Source of the DNA: Octopus vulgaris
Lineage: Eukaryota
DNA length: 64,000 nucleotides
Assembly (NCBI GenBank): GCA_951406725.2
Contig: OX597831.1
Location: 24,366,001 to 24,430,000 of the forward strand
Direction of reading: 5' to 3'
The notes below the pieces were generated by a model. The model was not told the origin of the DNA. It did no database searches and saw nothing but the letters and a program-made list of their open reading frames with translations. How positions within the stretch are numbered: the stretch's first letter is position 1; every line of letters begins with the position of its first letter. The position numbers and the translations under genes were made by a program. Below, piece after piece: positions 13,203 to 26,983 of the stretch.

Positions 13203-13380
13203 TATATATAAATATATGCATATATACATACATAAATGTACATATATATATATATTTATATATATATATAAATATATATATAAATATATGCATATATACA
13301 TACATAAATGTACATACCTATATATATATATATAAATATATATATAAATATATGCATATATACATACATAAATGTACATA

Positions 13381-13431
<51 letters not shown>

Positions 13432-13460
13432 GCATATATGGATATAGATATATACAGAGA
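12980..13460. repeat. Compound (TA)n/(CA)n microsatellite with repeated higher-order unit
   Basis: Direct reading; ATGCATATATACATACATAAATGTACATA recurs about 4 times. Confidence 0.95.
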
Positions 13461-13947
13461 TACATATGTATGTATGTATTTTCATTCACATATATGTATA
13501 TGTGTATATTTATGCATATATATTTATATGTGTATGTGTGTGAGTGTACGTTAGTATTTATGTAGATATTATGTACATTTGTATAAATGTAGACACACAC
13601 ACATGCATCCACTTAAATTTGAAAGCAAACAGTGAGGTGTAATAAAGTTTTGTATGCGTATAAATGTGAAGAACCTGACTGTTCAGAGTTCCTATTCAGA
13701 GTAAGGACTTCTTGTACACTTTCTTATTCAATTAGTATTCAAAACAACAAAAATGGAAATGAATCAGCTTTTGGTCAGTAAACAAAATTATCTGATAATT
13801 AATTGATTTTCTTTTTAATTCTTGAAAATTTTATTACACACACATACACACATGTATGTAATCACACATACATGCACACACACAATCTTGCCATTTCACA
13901 AAATCGAACAGATATATGTATTTTCATACAATTAATATAATTATAAG

Positions 13948-14660
13948 GGATGGTAATAGCAGATTTGGCAGTTCAGTGATAGATAAAATACCCGATAGCA
14001 GTTAGCTATGATTCTTTACATTCTGAGTTCAAACCCTGCCGAGGTTGACTTAGCTTCACATCCCTTTTGGGATCTGGATACCTATGTTGATTTAATTACT
14101 TTCCCTATCTCAAGGCCCAGCTACTTTGGACATTACTGTAAGGCGGTAAGCTGGAAAAATCATTAACATGCCAGACAAAATGTTAAGCAGCATTCCATCT
14201 ATCTTAACGTTCTGAGTTCAAACTCTACTGAGGTCAACTTTGCCTTTTATTCTTTTGGGATCAATAAAACAAGCACCAGTTAAGCAATGGGTCAGTATAA
14301 TTGACTTACACCCTTCCCTGAAATTGCTCACCTTGTGCCAAAATTTGAAACCAAGTTGGACATTACTGAAATAGTTTTTCCTTGGGGCACTAAACAGTCA
14401 TCTATGTAACAAGTGATATAGTTGTGTAGTTGTACAGTACTTCCAGAAGGTAGTGAATGGCACATACATAATAGAAGAAGAATCTGAGACCCCCTTTGGT
14501 CATGACTGGCACTTAATTTATCGACCCCGAAAGGATGAAAGGCAAATTTCATGAAAGGTAAAGACCTTGGCGGAATTTGAACTCAGAACGTAATGGCAGA
14601 CGAAATATCGCTAAGCATTTCGCCTGCATGCTAACGTTTCTGCCACCAGCTCACCACCTT
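13948..14660. mobile_element. Cluster of decayed SINE A copies (two +, one -)
   Basis: TTCTGAGTTCAAA boxes and GCCTTT..TCCTTT core on both strands. Confidence 0.7.
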
Positions 14661-15287
14661 CTTACCACACAGGAAGCAAACTTCTTACTACACAGCCATG
14701 TCTCAGTAATTTTTTTCCATGCTTATGTTAGAAAATATGGCATTGTTCTATTTCGCTAGTAATTGCTCTAACACTTGTAAAGAATGCTACAATATTTCAA
14801 CTGCTACCATTTTAATTAAGGTTCAGAACTTTATGATTTACTTGCATAAATCAGAGAGAACACAGCCTGATGGGGGCCAACCAGAGTCAAAGTATTAGAG
14901 TCACTGACAATGAAATTATTAGAAGTTTTCTAAGACAACAGTCTCATTCTTGTATGCAAAATAAAGACGAGTTAATTCAATTAGATGTAACTAGGTTGGC
15001 TGCATCCTAAAGCAGTATTGTGAACTAATGAGTATTCATAAGATAATAGAATTACTGGAAAAGTAATTGGAAAGACAATTACTACCAAATTTAGAAGATG
15101 TAACTAACAAGAAGATGTATCTAAGAAGATGTATCGAAAACAAACTCATTTCGTTAGAAGATTGTTGAGGTTACTTGAATGCTGTAAAACATGCAAAAGA
15201 AAATACTTTGATGATAATGCTGAGGGTTTTGTACTACATAGGAAACATTTGTGTCAAAAACAAAAAGCAGGAATGGTAAAATTGCAA

Positions 15288-15995
15288 TGCTAATGTTTCT
15301 ACCAGCTCACTGCTTTTAAACAGAAAATGTATTCTTTTCTTCTCTAGGCACAAGACGCAAAATTTTGGGGGAGGGGGCCAATCGATTAGACTGACCCCAG
15401 TACACAACTGATACTCAATTTATCGACCCCGAAAGTTTGAATGGCAAAGTCGACTTTGGCGGAATTTGAACTCAGAACATAAAGACAGACGAAATACCGC
15501 TAAGCATTTCGCCCAGCGTGCTGACGTTTCTTATTTCTTTATTACCCAAAAGAGGTTAAACATAGAGGGGACAAACAAGGACAGACAAAGGGATTAAGTC
15601 GAATACATCGACCCCAGTGTGTAACTGGTACTTAATTTATCAACCCCGAAAAGATGAAAGGCAAAGTCGACCTCGGCGGAATTTGAACTCAGAGCATAAC
15701 AGCAGACGAAATACCACTATGCATTTCGCCCGGTGTGCTAACGTTTCTACCAACTCACTGCCTTTAAACAGAAAATATATTCTTTTCCTCTCTAGGCACA
15801 AGATGCAAAATTTTTGGGGAGGGTGCCAGTCAATTAGACTGACCCCAGTACACAACTGGTACTCAATTTATCGACCCCGAAAGGATGAATGGCAAAGTCG
15901 ACTTTGGCGGAATTTGAACTCAGAACATAAAGACAGATGAAATACTGCTAAGCATTTTGCCCGGCGTGCTAACGTTTCTGCCAGCTTGCCGCCTT
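15288..15995 (-). mobile_element. SINE A composite with local tandem duplication
   Basis: 15288-15530 is repeated at ~15737-15980, including the non-SINE spacer TTTAAACAGAAAAT.TATTC. Confidence 0.8.
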
Positions 15996-16550
15996 AAACT
16001 TATACTATATTACAACACTCTTAATTAAAATGTTACAAACATAGTGTAATATCTCCATACTGGAGGGTCTGGGAAATATAAAGAGCATCTGCTGAATGAT
16101 AATATTAATGGTGTCTCTATAATCTTTTTTTAATTCATCCAGAGACCTCTTATGATGTTTTGAGATCTTTATGCATAGATTATACATTGAAGAGGAATTT
16201 GCTACAATAAATAAAACTTTACAATGATGAGGAATTGTTATGTGGTTTAAGAAGTTCTGTTCTCAACTGCATGGTTCCAGGTTCAGTCCCATTGCATGGC
16301 ACCTTGAGCAAGTGACCTCTACTATAGCCTTCATCTGACCAATGTCTTGTGACAGAATTTGACGTAAACTAAAAGCATTCCACTGCATGCATGCGTGTGT
16401 GTGTGTGTGAGAGAGAGAGTTTATGTATGTATTAGCAATTGATAGATTCACTGGAAATGTATAGGTGGATAGACTGCAAAAGTGTCACAGGACTTTTTGA
16501 CTATTCATAACCACCAGCAGTATCATTCAGAAATAAATGAAAAGCGAATC

Positions 16551-16621
<71 letters not shown>

Positions 16622-17206
16622 TTTCTCTCTTTCTCTCTCTCATTCATATAGCAAAGCAGACAATCTTTGTAGTCAGTTTTAACAATAGATTTCTTAACTA
16701 GAGAAAATCCCTCATCTGACAACATCAAGGACATGACAGGTCACAACACTGTGACCCTGCTGCGCATTACAGAGAACAGGGACCAGTGGTAACAGCTGAT
16801 TGGGTAAGTATCTGAAGTGGCACTCTAATGCAGCAGATAATGGATTACTGATGACGATGATGACGATGGTGGTGGTGGTGATGATGATGATGATGAGGAT
16901 GATCTCAAGTAAAGGGTCGAGGGAAATAACTTGTGTATTAGAAAGACTTCCAGAAAATGATATAAATTTTAAATGAAGTATTAATCTTAAGAGGTCCCGT
17001 AATGGTAATACTGAATGCTTATTAAGAAGAATTTGGGGATACATAAAAAGGAAACAAAGTCGTCAACCCTAGATGTGTTTGCGATAAAAATTAAACCCTA
17101 ACAGAACCAGCTAACCAGTTGTTCAAAATGTTCTTCAGTTTTGTGCTTTTTTATTGCATTTTGTAATTCTTACTGGTACTCCTTGGTTGTATGCTTCTTT
17201 CAATAA

Positions 17207-17719
17207 TCTATATATATAAAACTGTAGTTGTGTGAGTGTCTGTCCCCTTCGATTTAGATTCCTAACTACTCCCACATTTTGCGGTGCAGTTTAACCAAAT
17301 TCGGGTATCTTATAGTCGTGATGCATATCGAGCCCGTCTGAGTATTAGCGCGCGTCTACGATGAGCCTACGATTTTAAAAATAATTTAACATCATTTTTT
17401 ATTCCATTTTAATGCATAATTTTTCGTGTGTCAATGGCGGCGGAGTTGGCGTCCACGGTCACACCTGCACCTGTTTGCTTCTCCCCCTTCTTCCCTCCCT
17501 CGTGAAGCTGTGGGGAAGGGAGTGTAAGGAAATCAACGTCGTAAAGCGTTGTCAAGGAGACCAGCGTTCTTTTAGAACAACGACTTCATGGCTTGAAGAC
17601 ACCAAAACAGAAATGGCTAAGAAAGCCCGAATTGGCATCTATAAGGGAAGTAACTCTCTAAAAATGTTTATATAGTTATTTCCCTTACAAACCCGAGCAA
17701 CGCCGGGCGATACTGCTAG
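17207..17719 (+). mobile_element. Non-autonomous Helitron, copy 2
   Basis: A|TC start, hairpin, CTAG|T end; 513 bp, same as copy 1. Confidence 0.85.
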
Positions 17720-17904
17720 TTCAAAATAAAATAAAAGTGTGTGACTGATGAACCAAAGAAAGGATGTAAGAGGGGTGTGTTGGGTATAGATATTATTGCC
17801 ACCAATTTTTCATGCTTAGTTGAAATATATCCAAATTTAGATTATTGCAAATGAATGTCTTTAACCAAATACAAAAGAAGATTGTATTATTCAGAAGTAC
17901 ACAA

Positions 17905-18345
17905 TCATCATCATCATCATCATCATCATCGTTTAGCATCCGCTTTCCATGCTAGCATGGGTTAGACGGTTCAACTGGGGGTCTGGGAAGCCAGAAGGCT
18001 GCACCAGGCCCAGTCTGATCTGGCAATGTTTCTACGGCTGGATGCCCTTCCTAACGCCAACCACTCCGCGAGTGTAGTGGGTGCTTTTTACATGCCACCG
18101 GCACAGGTGCCAGACGAGGCTGGCAAACGGCCACGATCGGATGGTGCTTTTTACGTGCCACCGGCACGAGGGCCAGGCGAGGCTGGCAAATGGCCACGAT
18201 CGGATGGTGCTTTTTATGTGCCACCGGCACGAGGCCAATCGGGGCGGTGCTGGCAACAGCCACATTCGGATGGTTCTCTTACATACCACCGGCACTGGTA
18301 TCACAGCTGCAATTTCCATTAATGTTGATCGATTTCGATTTCGAT
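17905..18345 (-). mobile_element. RTE-related 3' end element
   Basis: (CAT)n tail, CCATGCTAGCATGG palindrome, 3-4 hairpin modules. Confidence 0.8.
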
Positions 18346-19019
18346 TTTTGTATGCAAAATATTAGTTATTATTAGTAGCCTTTCATCCATCTTTGTGTTC
18401 TGAGTTCAAATTCTGCCAAGGTCAACTTTGGCTTTCATCCTTTCAGGGTCTATAAAAGAAATAACAGTTTGAGCACTGGGGTGGGTGGTCGATTTAATTG
18501 ACTTATATCTCCACCACCCCCATCCATAATTGCTAACCTTGTGTCAAAGTTTGAAAGCAATATTAGCTGTTATTGTTCTTTATCAAGTAGTTTTGTAAAG
18601 AGGAAATCTCTGGAAGTGTGGTTCAAATCAAAAGTTTGGTTAAATGCGCAAAAATTACAGAATTTTCGATGGAAGTTGAATGGCTTTACATGTAAAACAA
18701 ATTGAATTTCATTTAAAACAGAATTCCCTTTTACATCAAACAAAAGATACAGAAAACATTTTGAAAGCTTTCTCAAGAAGCAGTAAAAGAAGATTCCATT
18801 GGATATTACTAATTGTTATAATCTCAAGACACGGAACCGTTAGACTGTCACATTGACTTGTGTAAAATTTCCAAAGTAATTTTGAAAACTTGACATTGAA
18901 TTCTTACACTTGTCAACCAAAAATTACAGAAGCATCGACAGAGTGGCTTGATCTTGCTCTTTTACTTGTTTCAGTTGCTGGACTGTGACCATGCTGGGGC
19001 ATCTTCTTGATGTTTAGTT

Positions 19020-19243
19020 GTTAGTTGTCGGAGCACTGCATCCTTCAAAACTTCCATGCTTCCTGAGATTCGTCAACACTACACTTGATTTTCTCCCCTC
19101 CATACACACACAAGCATGTATCTGACTCATACATTGTTCGCTTTCCAGACATTTCTACATTACTGCATGTACTTTATATGCACTTTCTGACAAGTTGTGG
19201 TGCACCTGAGCACTGTATACAATAATTTCATTATTATTATTAT
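19020..19243 (+). mobile_element. CR1-clade LINE 3' end
   Basis: TASFKTSMLPEIR peptide matches the C-terminus of the 20565 copy; GTGCACCTGAGCAC hairpin and (ATT)n tail. Confidence 0.8.
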
Positions 19244-19380
19244 TTTTAAATACTTAATTTATAAGTTTACTACTTCTTATATCAGTCTCTTTATCGAACT
19301 GTTAAGTTACACAGACATAACCAAACCAACATTAAATTTTATTCAAACTGTGAGAGACAATTAAATTTTATTCAAACTGT

Positions 19381-19549
19381 GATGGTGTCAACCCGCGGGC
19401 TTGACACCATCAAGAGTGACACGGGAATGGCCATAGCCAATCTGAAAGAAGCGACCCAGGATAGAACTGGTTGGAGGACACTGATCCATCGAGTAACCGA
19501 GAGTTGACTTCGACTGAGCGGATAGATAGATAGATAGATAGATAGATAG
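19381..19549 (+). mobile_element. RTE LINE extreme 3' end with 5' snap-back inversion
   Basis: LDTIKSDTGMAIANLKEATQDRTGWRTLIHRVTES peptide; (GATA)n tail; GATGGTGTCAA/TTGACACCATC inverted pair. Confidence 0.75.
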
Positions 19550-20564
19550 TGAGAGATAAACTTAGACACAAAGATTTACACATCTGCACATACACACACA
19601 TATAAACAGGCTTCCATGCAGTTTCTGTCAGTCAAATTACCTCATCAGAAATTTGTTAGCATGGGCCTACAGTAGAAAATGCTTGCACCAGGTTATTGTG
19701 CCACGTGACTGAGCCCAAACTACATAGTTACAACGAGAATTTCTTAACCACAAAGCCAATGCCTACACCTATCTTGCTAAATAGAGAGATCAAATTCTCT
19801 CAGGTCACATCCTTAAAAAGAAAGGATACAGGAGATAATGTGTCCTTTATATATAAAGTGATTTAATCGATACAGTTGGAACTGCAATGAATAGAGGCCA
19901 CTTAGTCGAGGCTCAAATCACCTCTACAAAATAATGGGACTGAACCAGGAACCATGTGGTTGACAAGCTAATTTCTTACCATGCAGCCATACCTGTTTGT
20001 TTATTTTTTGAATGACATTGTAGGATAGGTGCTAGAAGCTGGATTTGGCCAGTTTGAACGTAAAACAGGTAGAATATTTGGGCCGGGAATGGCCGACCAG
20101 ACTATCAGATATCACAATGCACTTTACATCATTTTAACCTTCGAATGGCACCACCCCGCTGGGTAGGCGAGAAGGCCTGATAGAAAGGAATACTAGAGCA
20201 ACGTAAAATGAAGTGTTTTGCTCAAGAACCCCATCGCCCGGTCTGAGAATCGAACCCACGATCTAGTGATCGCCAAACCACTTGGCCACGTGCCTTCACA
20301 ATGGTATGGTATCTTTATAAACAGAACAAATGTAGTTTGCAGATATCAACGGTTTATCAGTGGTAAATATCTTTACTTTGGCCATCATACGTTTCCAATA
20401 CTCCTTTACATATTTAAATCGGTATAGTGTTGTTAGAGGGAAGATTAGCTGCAATTTATAACAGGCTGAGAGACTGTGCACGTACTCCCATGCTGGAATC
20501 GAAGTTGTGTGCTTTTAACGCATTCGAAAAAGGATTTTTGATTATCAGAATAATAAAAGGTTGA

Positions 20565-21178
20565 ATGTCAAGAAGGCCGAGGGTGTCTTGGCATCACTCA
20601 GCAAGACTTTTGTTAGCCGCTCTCCAGCCATCTATTTAAAGCTGTATACAGCTATGGTACGACCACACTTGGAATTCGCATCATCGGTTTGGAACCCCTA
20701 TCTTGCTCAGAACATTGACCTCCTGGAATCTGTCCAGAGACGTGCAACCAAACGCATACCCTCCATCAGACACCTACCATACTCTGAGCGCCTTGTTTCC
20801 CTGGGCATGGATTCACTGAAGCTCCGGCGTCTGTCGACGGACTTGGTAAACACCCACAAAGTTATCAACCACCTCACCACCAACAACACTGAACACCTTT
20901 TTGATCTCCATGTGTCTAACACACGTGGACATGCCTACAAAGTCAGAAAACAACACAGCTCCTATGACTTTCGGAAACATTTTTTCCCGCTCAGAGTTGC
21001 TGAAGCATGGAATAAACTGCCTGCGTCAGTTGTTGACTGCCATGACACTGCATCCTTTAAGGCCCTCATGCTTTCCGAAATCCGCCGAAACTACACCTGA
21101 TTATATATACACTTTAGATGAGTTGTAGTGCACCTGAGCACTGTACACAATTATTATTATTATTATTATTATTATTAT
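20565..21178 (+). mobile_element. 5'-truncated CR1-clade LINE, ORF2 C-terminus
   Basis: LYTAMVRPHLEFASSVWNP...LESVQRRATKRI...YSERL...LRR...TRGH...RVAEAWNKLP motifs; (ATT)n tail. Confidence 0.93.
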
Positions 21179-21551
21179 AACCCACACATGTGTTGGCAGT
21201 TAGAAATTTAGGATGATGCTTTCATAATGTTATAAGAAATGCTGCCATTAGAACTTTTCCCGATGAAAAACACTTTTATTTTGGATGTGGAAACAGCAAG
21301 CTACAATCAATAAACTTACGGCTTTATTATGAAAATCCCATTCATTTTTTTTTTGTTTTTGTGAAATTAATAATGATAAAATTGTAAACCTTTGAAGGCT
21401 AATTTTTAATATAATTTTACCTAGTTAGAAGCCTCCGTTATTGACATACTAGAATCGTAATTGCCATGTGTTGATAATCTTATAAGGAGCACCCATATCT
21501 TTATTTTTCTTTTTAATGAAAGGAATTTACTGAAAGGAAACCAAAACATTG

Positions 21552-21763
21552 CTAGGGTTGATTAGGGGGTTTAGTGTTGGGTTTAGGGGAGAAATTTAGA
21601 TAGACAGAGATAGTGAGAAAGAAAGAAAAGAAGAGGAAATGTCAAATAGGGTTGTAAGGTAAATAAATGGATTAATAAAATTCTACACATTTCATTGATG
21701 TATTAAGAAGGTTTAGAAGTAGGGATTAAGGGTGAGGATTTAGGTTTAGTTTCAGGGTTAGGG
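21552..21763 (+). repeat. Degenerate TTAGGG-like G-rich repeats
   Basis: CTAGGGTTGATTAGGGGGTTTAG...TTTAGGTTTAGTTTCAGGGTTAGGG. Confidence 0.5.
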
Positions 21764-22184
21764 TGTTGTAAAGCAGCGTAAAATTTCATGGCAAACGTCG
21801 ATTTGTTTTCTTTCATTAAATACATTTATCTTCAAATGTTTTGTAATGGTTTTATAATTGTGTAATTGCGTCACAAGAAGTATGGCTTATTTGAAAAATG
21901 CCAGAATGTCGCGCAGTTTATTTGTCGATTCTTTACTTTCATTTCACAACGTTTCGTTACATTTTTCTTTTTTTTTCCGTTTCTAGAGGTTTTGTGATGT
22001 TTTTTATTTACTCACATTAATTTTTTTTACCCCCATCTTCAAAGACTTTGTATTGCTTGCATTTTCTTTCATAATTCTTAGATAAATAATCAATAAAATG
22101 TGCAAGCCATTTAATACATCGATAAAGATGTGAAGAATTGTATTAAACCGTTTGTTTACCTTGTGACACCTTCAGATATTTCAT

Positions 22185-22692
<508 letters not shown>

Positions 22693-23254
22693 CTTGGTGA
22701 AGGGTTAAGCTTCCCTTCTTCGTCCTGGTATGAAATTTATTCAGTTGTTTGAACTGCATTATACAATTGAAGCAGACGAGAGAGTCATAACGAAAATAAT
22801 TATGTAAAACAAATGCATACTAACAGATGTTTTATGTCATTCAAGCTAGAAAGTGGTGGTGTACTGTTGTGCTCTTCTAGACAACTCAGACATTATAAAA
22901 TCTCACATCTCTGTTCGACTGTCACTTTTTCTTGACAGACACGGTAACAGCTACGTTCCCGTTTACATGTAACGTGTAATATACTTGAAATAAAATCTTC
23001 GAATGAAGGACGACGCCATTAATTTTACTTTGCTTTTAAATCCTTTTAGCATGTCAGTTATTTTTACGTGCAGTAATTATTTTAACACTGTATAAAAGTG
23101 ACCGACTGGGATCAAAGTAGTGGACTGACTGACCCGTGATATTTTTGATAATTGCGAAGAGAAGATGGGATCGTTGATAGCAACATCGATAACAGCTCTG
23201 ATAGAACATTTTTACTTGTTCTTCGTTAATTTGAAATTAGCGTAAGCTAAAGAC

Positions 23255-23700
23255 ACTAACGTAAAAGCGGTGTTATTGTATGGGGCTGAGACATGGCGAA
23301 CAACAGTTAAGTCAAATAAGCAAATACAATCATTCATCAACAGATGCTTGTGAAGTATACTTAAAATTAGATGGACCGAACACATAAGGAATATGGAGCT
23401 ATGGCAAAGAACAAATGAAGTTTCGATTAGGGAGCAAATATTTAAGAAAAAGTGGAAGTGGATTGGTAGCACAATTAGAAAAGACACACCAAATGTAACG
23501 AAAAGTGCTTTAAAGTGGAAACCGGATGGATATAGAAAGAAAGGGAGGCCTAAGAATTCGTGGCGGAGATTAACACAAAAGGAACTAGAGAAAGGGGGAC
23601 ATTCATGGCAGAGGATAAGTACAGAAGCGAAAGATTATGCAACATGGAATTCAATTATAAGTGGCCTATACTCCGAGTTGGAGGATTAAAGGCAGAAAAA
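23255..23700 (+). mobile_element. 5'-truncated RTE-clade LINE, RT C-terminus with one stop
   Basis: NVKAVLLYGAETW...FINRCL*SILKIRW...KWKWIG...ALKWKPDGYRKKGRPKNSWRR. Confidence 0.9.
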
Positions 23701-23866
23701 AAAAGACGAAGTGATGCATCAAATTATACTTGTGGGATCTTTTCCATTTGAACGGCACTTTTCAACACAATTTCTAGTTAACTAAACACTTTTAAACTTC
23801 GTATACTGGTAGAATGTGTTTATAAAACATCATTTTCTCTTGGCTTTATTGAGAAAATAACTAGAC

Positions 23867-24290
23867 GAAATACCTATTTCTTTATTACCCACAAGGGGCT
23901 AAACACAGAGAGGACAAACAAGGACAGACAAACGGATTAAATCCATTATATCGACCCCAGTGCGTAACTAGTGCTTATTTAATCGACCCCGAAAGGATGA
24001 AAGGCAAAGTCGACCTCGTCAACCGCAAAGCATTTCGCCCGGCGTGCTAAAGTTTCTGCCAGCTCGCCGCCTTATCCTAAAGTCAAACGAAGTACCGTTA
24101 AGCATTTCGCCCGGCGTGCTAACGTTTCTGCCAGTTCGCCGCCTTATCCTAAAGTCAAACGTAGTACCGTTAAGCATTTCGCCCGGCGTGCTAACGTTTC
24201 TGCCAGTTCGCCGCCTTATCCTAAAGTCAAACGAAGTACCGTTAAGCATTTCGCCACGTGCGCTAAAGTTTCTGCCAGCTCGACGCCTTG
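23867..24290 (-). mobile_element. SINE A followed by four 72-bp tandem copies of its tRNA head plus flank
   Basis: AAGCATTTCGCCCGGCGTGCTAACGTTTCTGCCAG.TCGCCGCCTTATCCTAAAGTCAAACG.AGTACCGTT repeated. Confidence 0.85.
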
Positions 24291-25518
24291 TTCTCTTCTA
24301 ATTTAATGTTTATTTCACCGCCATAACAAAATCTGATGTATCTCTAACAAGAATTACAAGTTACAAAGAGAAAGGTTGACATATAGGTTTATCAAAAAAG
24401 TGTAATCCCTATTCAAAATAGCCATGCAGCTCCTTTGATTTATTAATTGTTGACGGATATTTGTTTTCCTTCTTATTATCTGAAATAAAATAAACAATAA
24501 CTCTTAATACACATTATAAATAAAATAATCTGTTTGTTATAAAGTGTTTAGGTATAAACAGGTTATTGTACATGATATAATCGTGTGCAGCAATTGTTTA
24601 GCTGCTTTTAAGTGAGTGAGGCCAATATAATCGAGCACAGTGGTTTTCAACCGGGGACCATATGGCTCTTGGGGTCCACATAAGACCTTGTTTCAAAAAA
24701 TTATCTGCAATAAACTGAATTTAATTCAACAATACACAAAATATTTTAATAATTATTTTTATCTAATTCTTAATAGTATTTAATTACAAAAATATAATGG
24801 TTTCAAATTTTGGCACAAGGCCAGCAATTTCGGGAGTGGGGTTAAGTTGATAACATCGACCCAAGTGCTCAACAGGTATTTATTTTATTCTATTCTACTC
24901 TAGGCACAAGGCCCGATTTTATATTTTTGCATTTTGTGAATTTTTAAACTCATCTTTTCTGTAACCCCATCCGTGAATCTGACCCCACATCAGGTTGTAT
25001 TGTCCCCTCTGTGTTCGCCCTTTGTGGGTAATAATAAAACAATATGATGCCATTCTAAGAGAGGTAAGCAATTCTAATTAGAACACATTATTAAATTCTA
25101 CACAATTTTTTATCGGACCTGTCAGATTCTATCAAAATTCTTTTGATGGTTCTCATTTTGGAAAGCAAATTCCAAAGTAATTGCTCATATTCCCTTCACT
25201 TGTCAATTCTTTGTAATATGGGAAATATAGTCAGAGAATTTAATCTCTCACGTATTATTTGCGACTGAAGGTGTAATTCTAGTCGTTGGCCAATTGTTGT
25301 TCTTTTAGCTGTGGCATATTATCTATCTTGTTTTAGTCATTGGACTGCGATCATTTTGGGATCCACAGAGAGGCGTTTTTAGTTAAATGAATAGATCCCA
25401 GTGCGTATCTTTTTAAAGTAGCTATTCTATCAGGCAGTTACGGGGATGTAAACAAACCAGTATCAGTCCTCAAGTGGTGCTGGAGGACAAAGACATGCAT
25501 ATATATGTGTGTGTGTGT

Positions 25519-25756
25519 TGAGGCGCGTGGCTTAGTGGTTAGGGTGTCAGCATCATGATCGTAACATTGTGGTTTCGATTCCTGGACCGGGCGACGCGTT
25601 GTGTCCTTAAGCAAAACACTTCATTTCACGTTGCCCCAGTCCACTCAACTGGCAAAATTGAGTAACACTACGATAGATTGGCGTCCCGTCCAGCTGTGGA
25701 ACACATACGCCATTGAAACCGGGCCCATGAGCCTGGCTAGGCTTTAAAAGGGTGCA
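25519..25756 (+). mobile_element. SINE C, CpGs intact
   Basis: GAGGCGCGTGGCTTAGTGG A-box and GGTTTCGATTCC B-box. Confidence 0.9.
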
Positions 25757-26570
25757 AAAAAAGATATATATATATAATTGGCTTCTTTCAGTTCCCATCA
25801 ACCAAATCCACTCATAAGGTTTTCATCAGCTCTTGGCTATATAGCAAAGGACTCAGTTGAACGCAGAAGCATATGGTTGGGAAGCAAGCTTTTTGCCAGA
25901 CAACCGCATTGGCAAATTGTAAAAAAAAAATCTCTATTAGATAGAAGTTTGTCACTTAATGTTTTTTTTTTTTTCTATTCAGTTGCTTTATAATGTTAAC
26001 CAAACCATAATGAGAGGTGCTTCTCATAGAAACTTCAAATGCCAGAAGCCAAGTTGCCAGCAAATTCATTTCAGTGTCACAGGCATACTTTTCTTCAATG
26101 AAATGGATTTCAGATATCCTTCTCGAACGTAGAACATACTTTGTAATTTGCTTGATCAAAGCATTGGCAGAAAGAAGCGATTTATTGCATACGAGGCCTC
26201 AAAATACATATATCGATAATGGATTTGAACTATCGATTGAGTTGGTGTACTGTCCCTAATTACCCTCCAAATTTTCTAAGGATTTTTTAAAAATATTTCA
26301 TGGAAACTGGAGTTCTGAGACAAAATAGTTTTGTTCCCTTCTGCACAATATTATAACAGAGGATGTCAAATGAAGCTTCGATTCCCATCTCTTCCATAAT
26401 TTTTGTTAGTAATTTGTCATCTTGCCTATCTGTTAATGATAAGTTTGCTGCTTTCCGTAAATTTGATAAATTGTATGATTGTGTACAAGATCTGGACGAG
26501 GTTTAGCCCGAAAGAGAAATGAAATGACCGATTTCATTTGAGCTTTGCATCCAATATTGACTGTATATAT

Positions 26571-26983
26571 TTCTTTACTATCCACAAGGGGCTAAACATA
26601 GAGTGGACAAACAAGGACAAACAAAGGGATTAAGTCGATTACATCGACCCCAGTGCGTAACTGGTACTTATTTAATCGACCCCGAAAGGATAAAAGGCAA
26701 AGTCGACCTCGGCGGAATTTGAACTCAGAACGTAGCCGCAGACGAAATACCTATTTCTTTATTACCCACAAGGGGCTAAACACAGAGGGGACAAACAAGG
26801 ACAGACAAAGGGATTAAGTCGATTACATCGACCCTAGTGCGTAACTGGTACTTATTTAATCGATCCCCCGAAAGGATAAAAGGCAAAGTCGACCTCGGCG
26901 GAATTTGAACTCAGAACATAGCCGCAGACGAAATAAATACAGCTAGACATTTCTAGCTAACGTTTCTGCCAGCTCGCCACCTT
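26571..26983 (-). mobile_element. Dimeric SINE A with 17-bp TSD
   Basis: ATATTGACTGTATATAT at 26554-26570 and 26984-27000. Confidence 0.92.
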
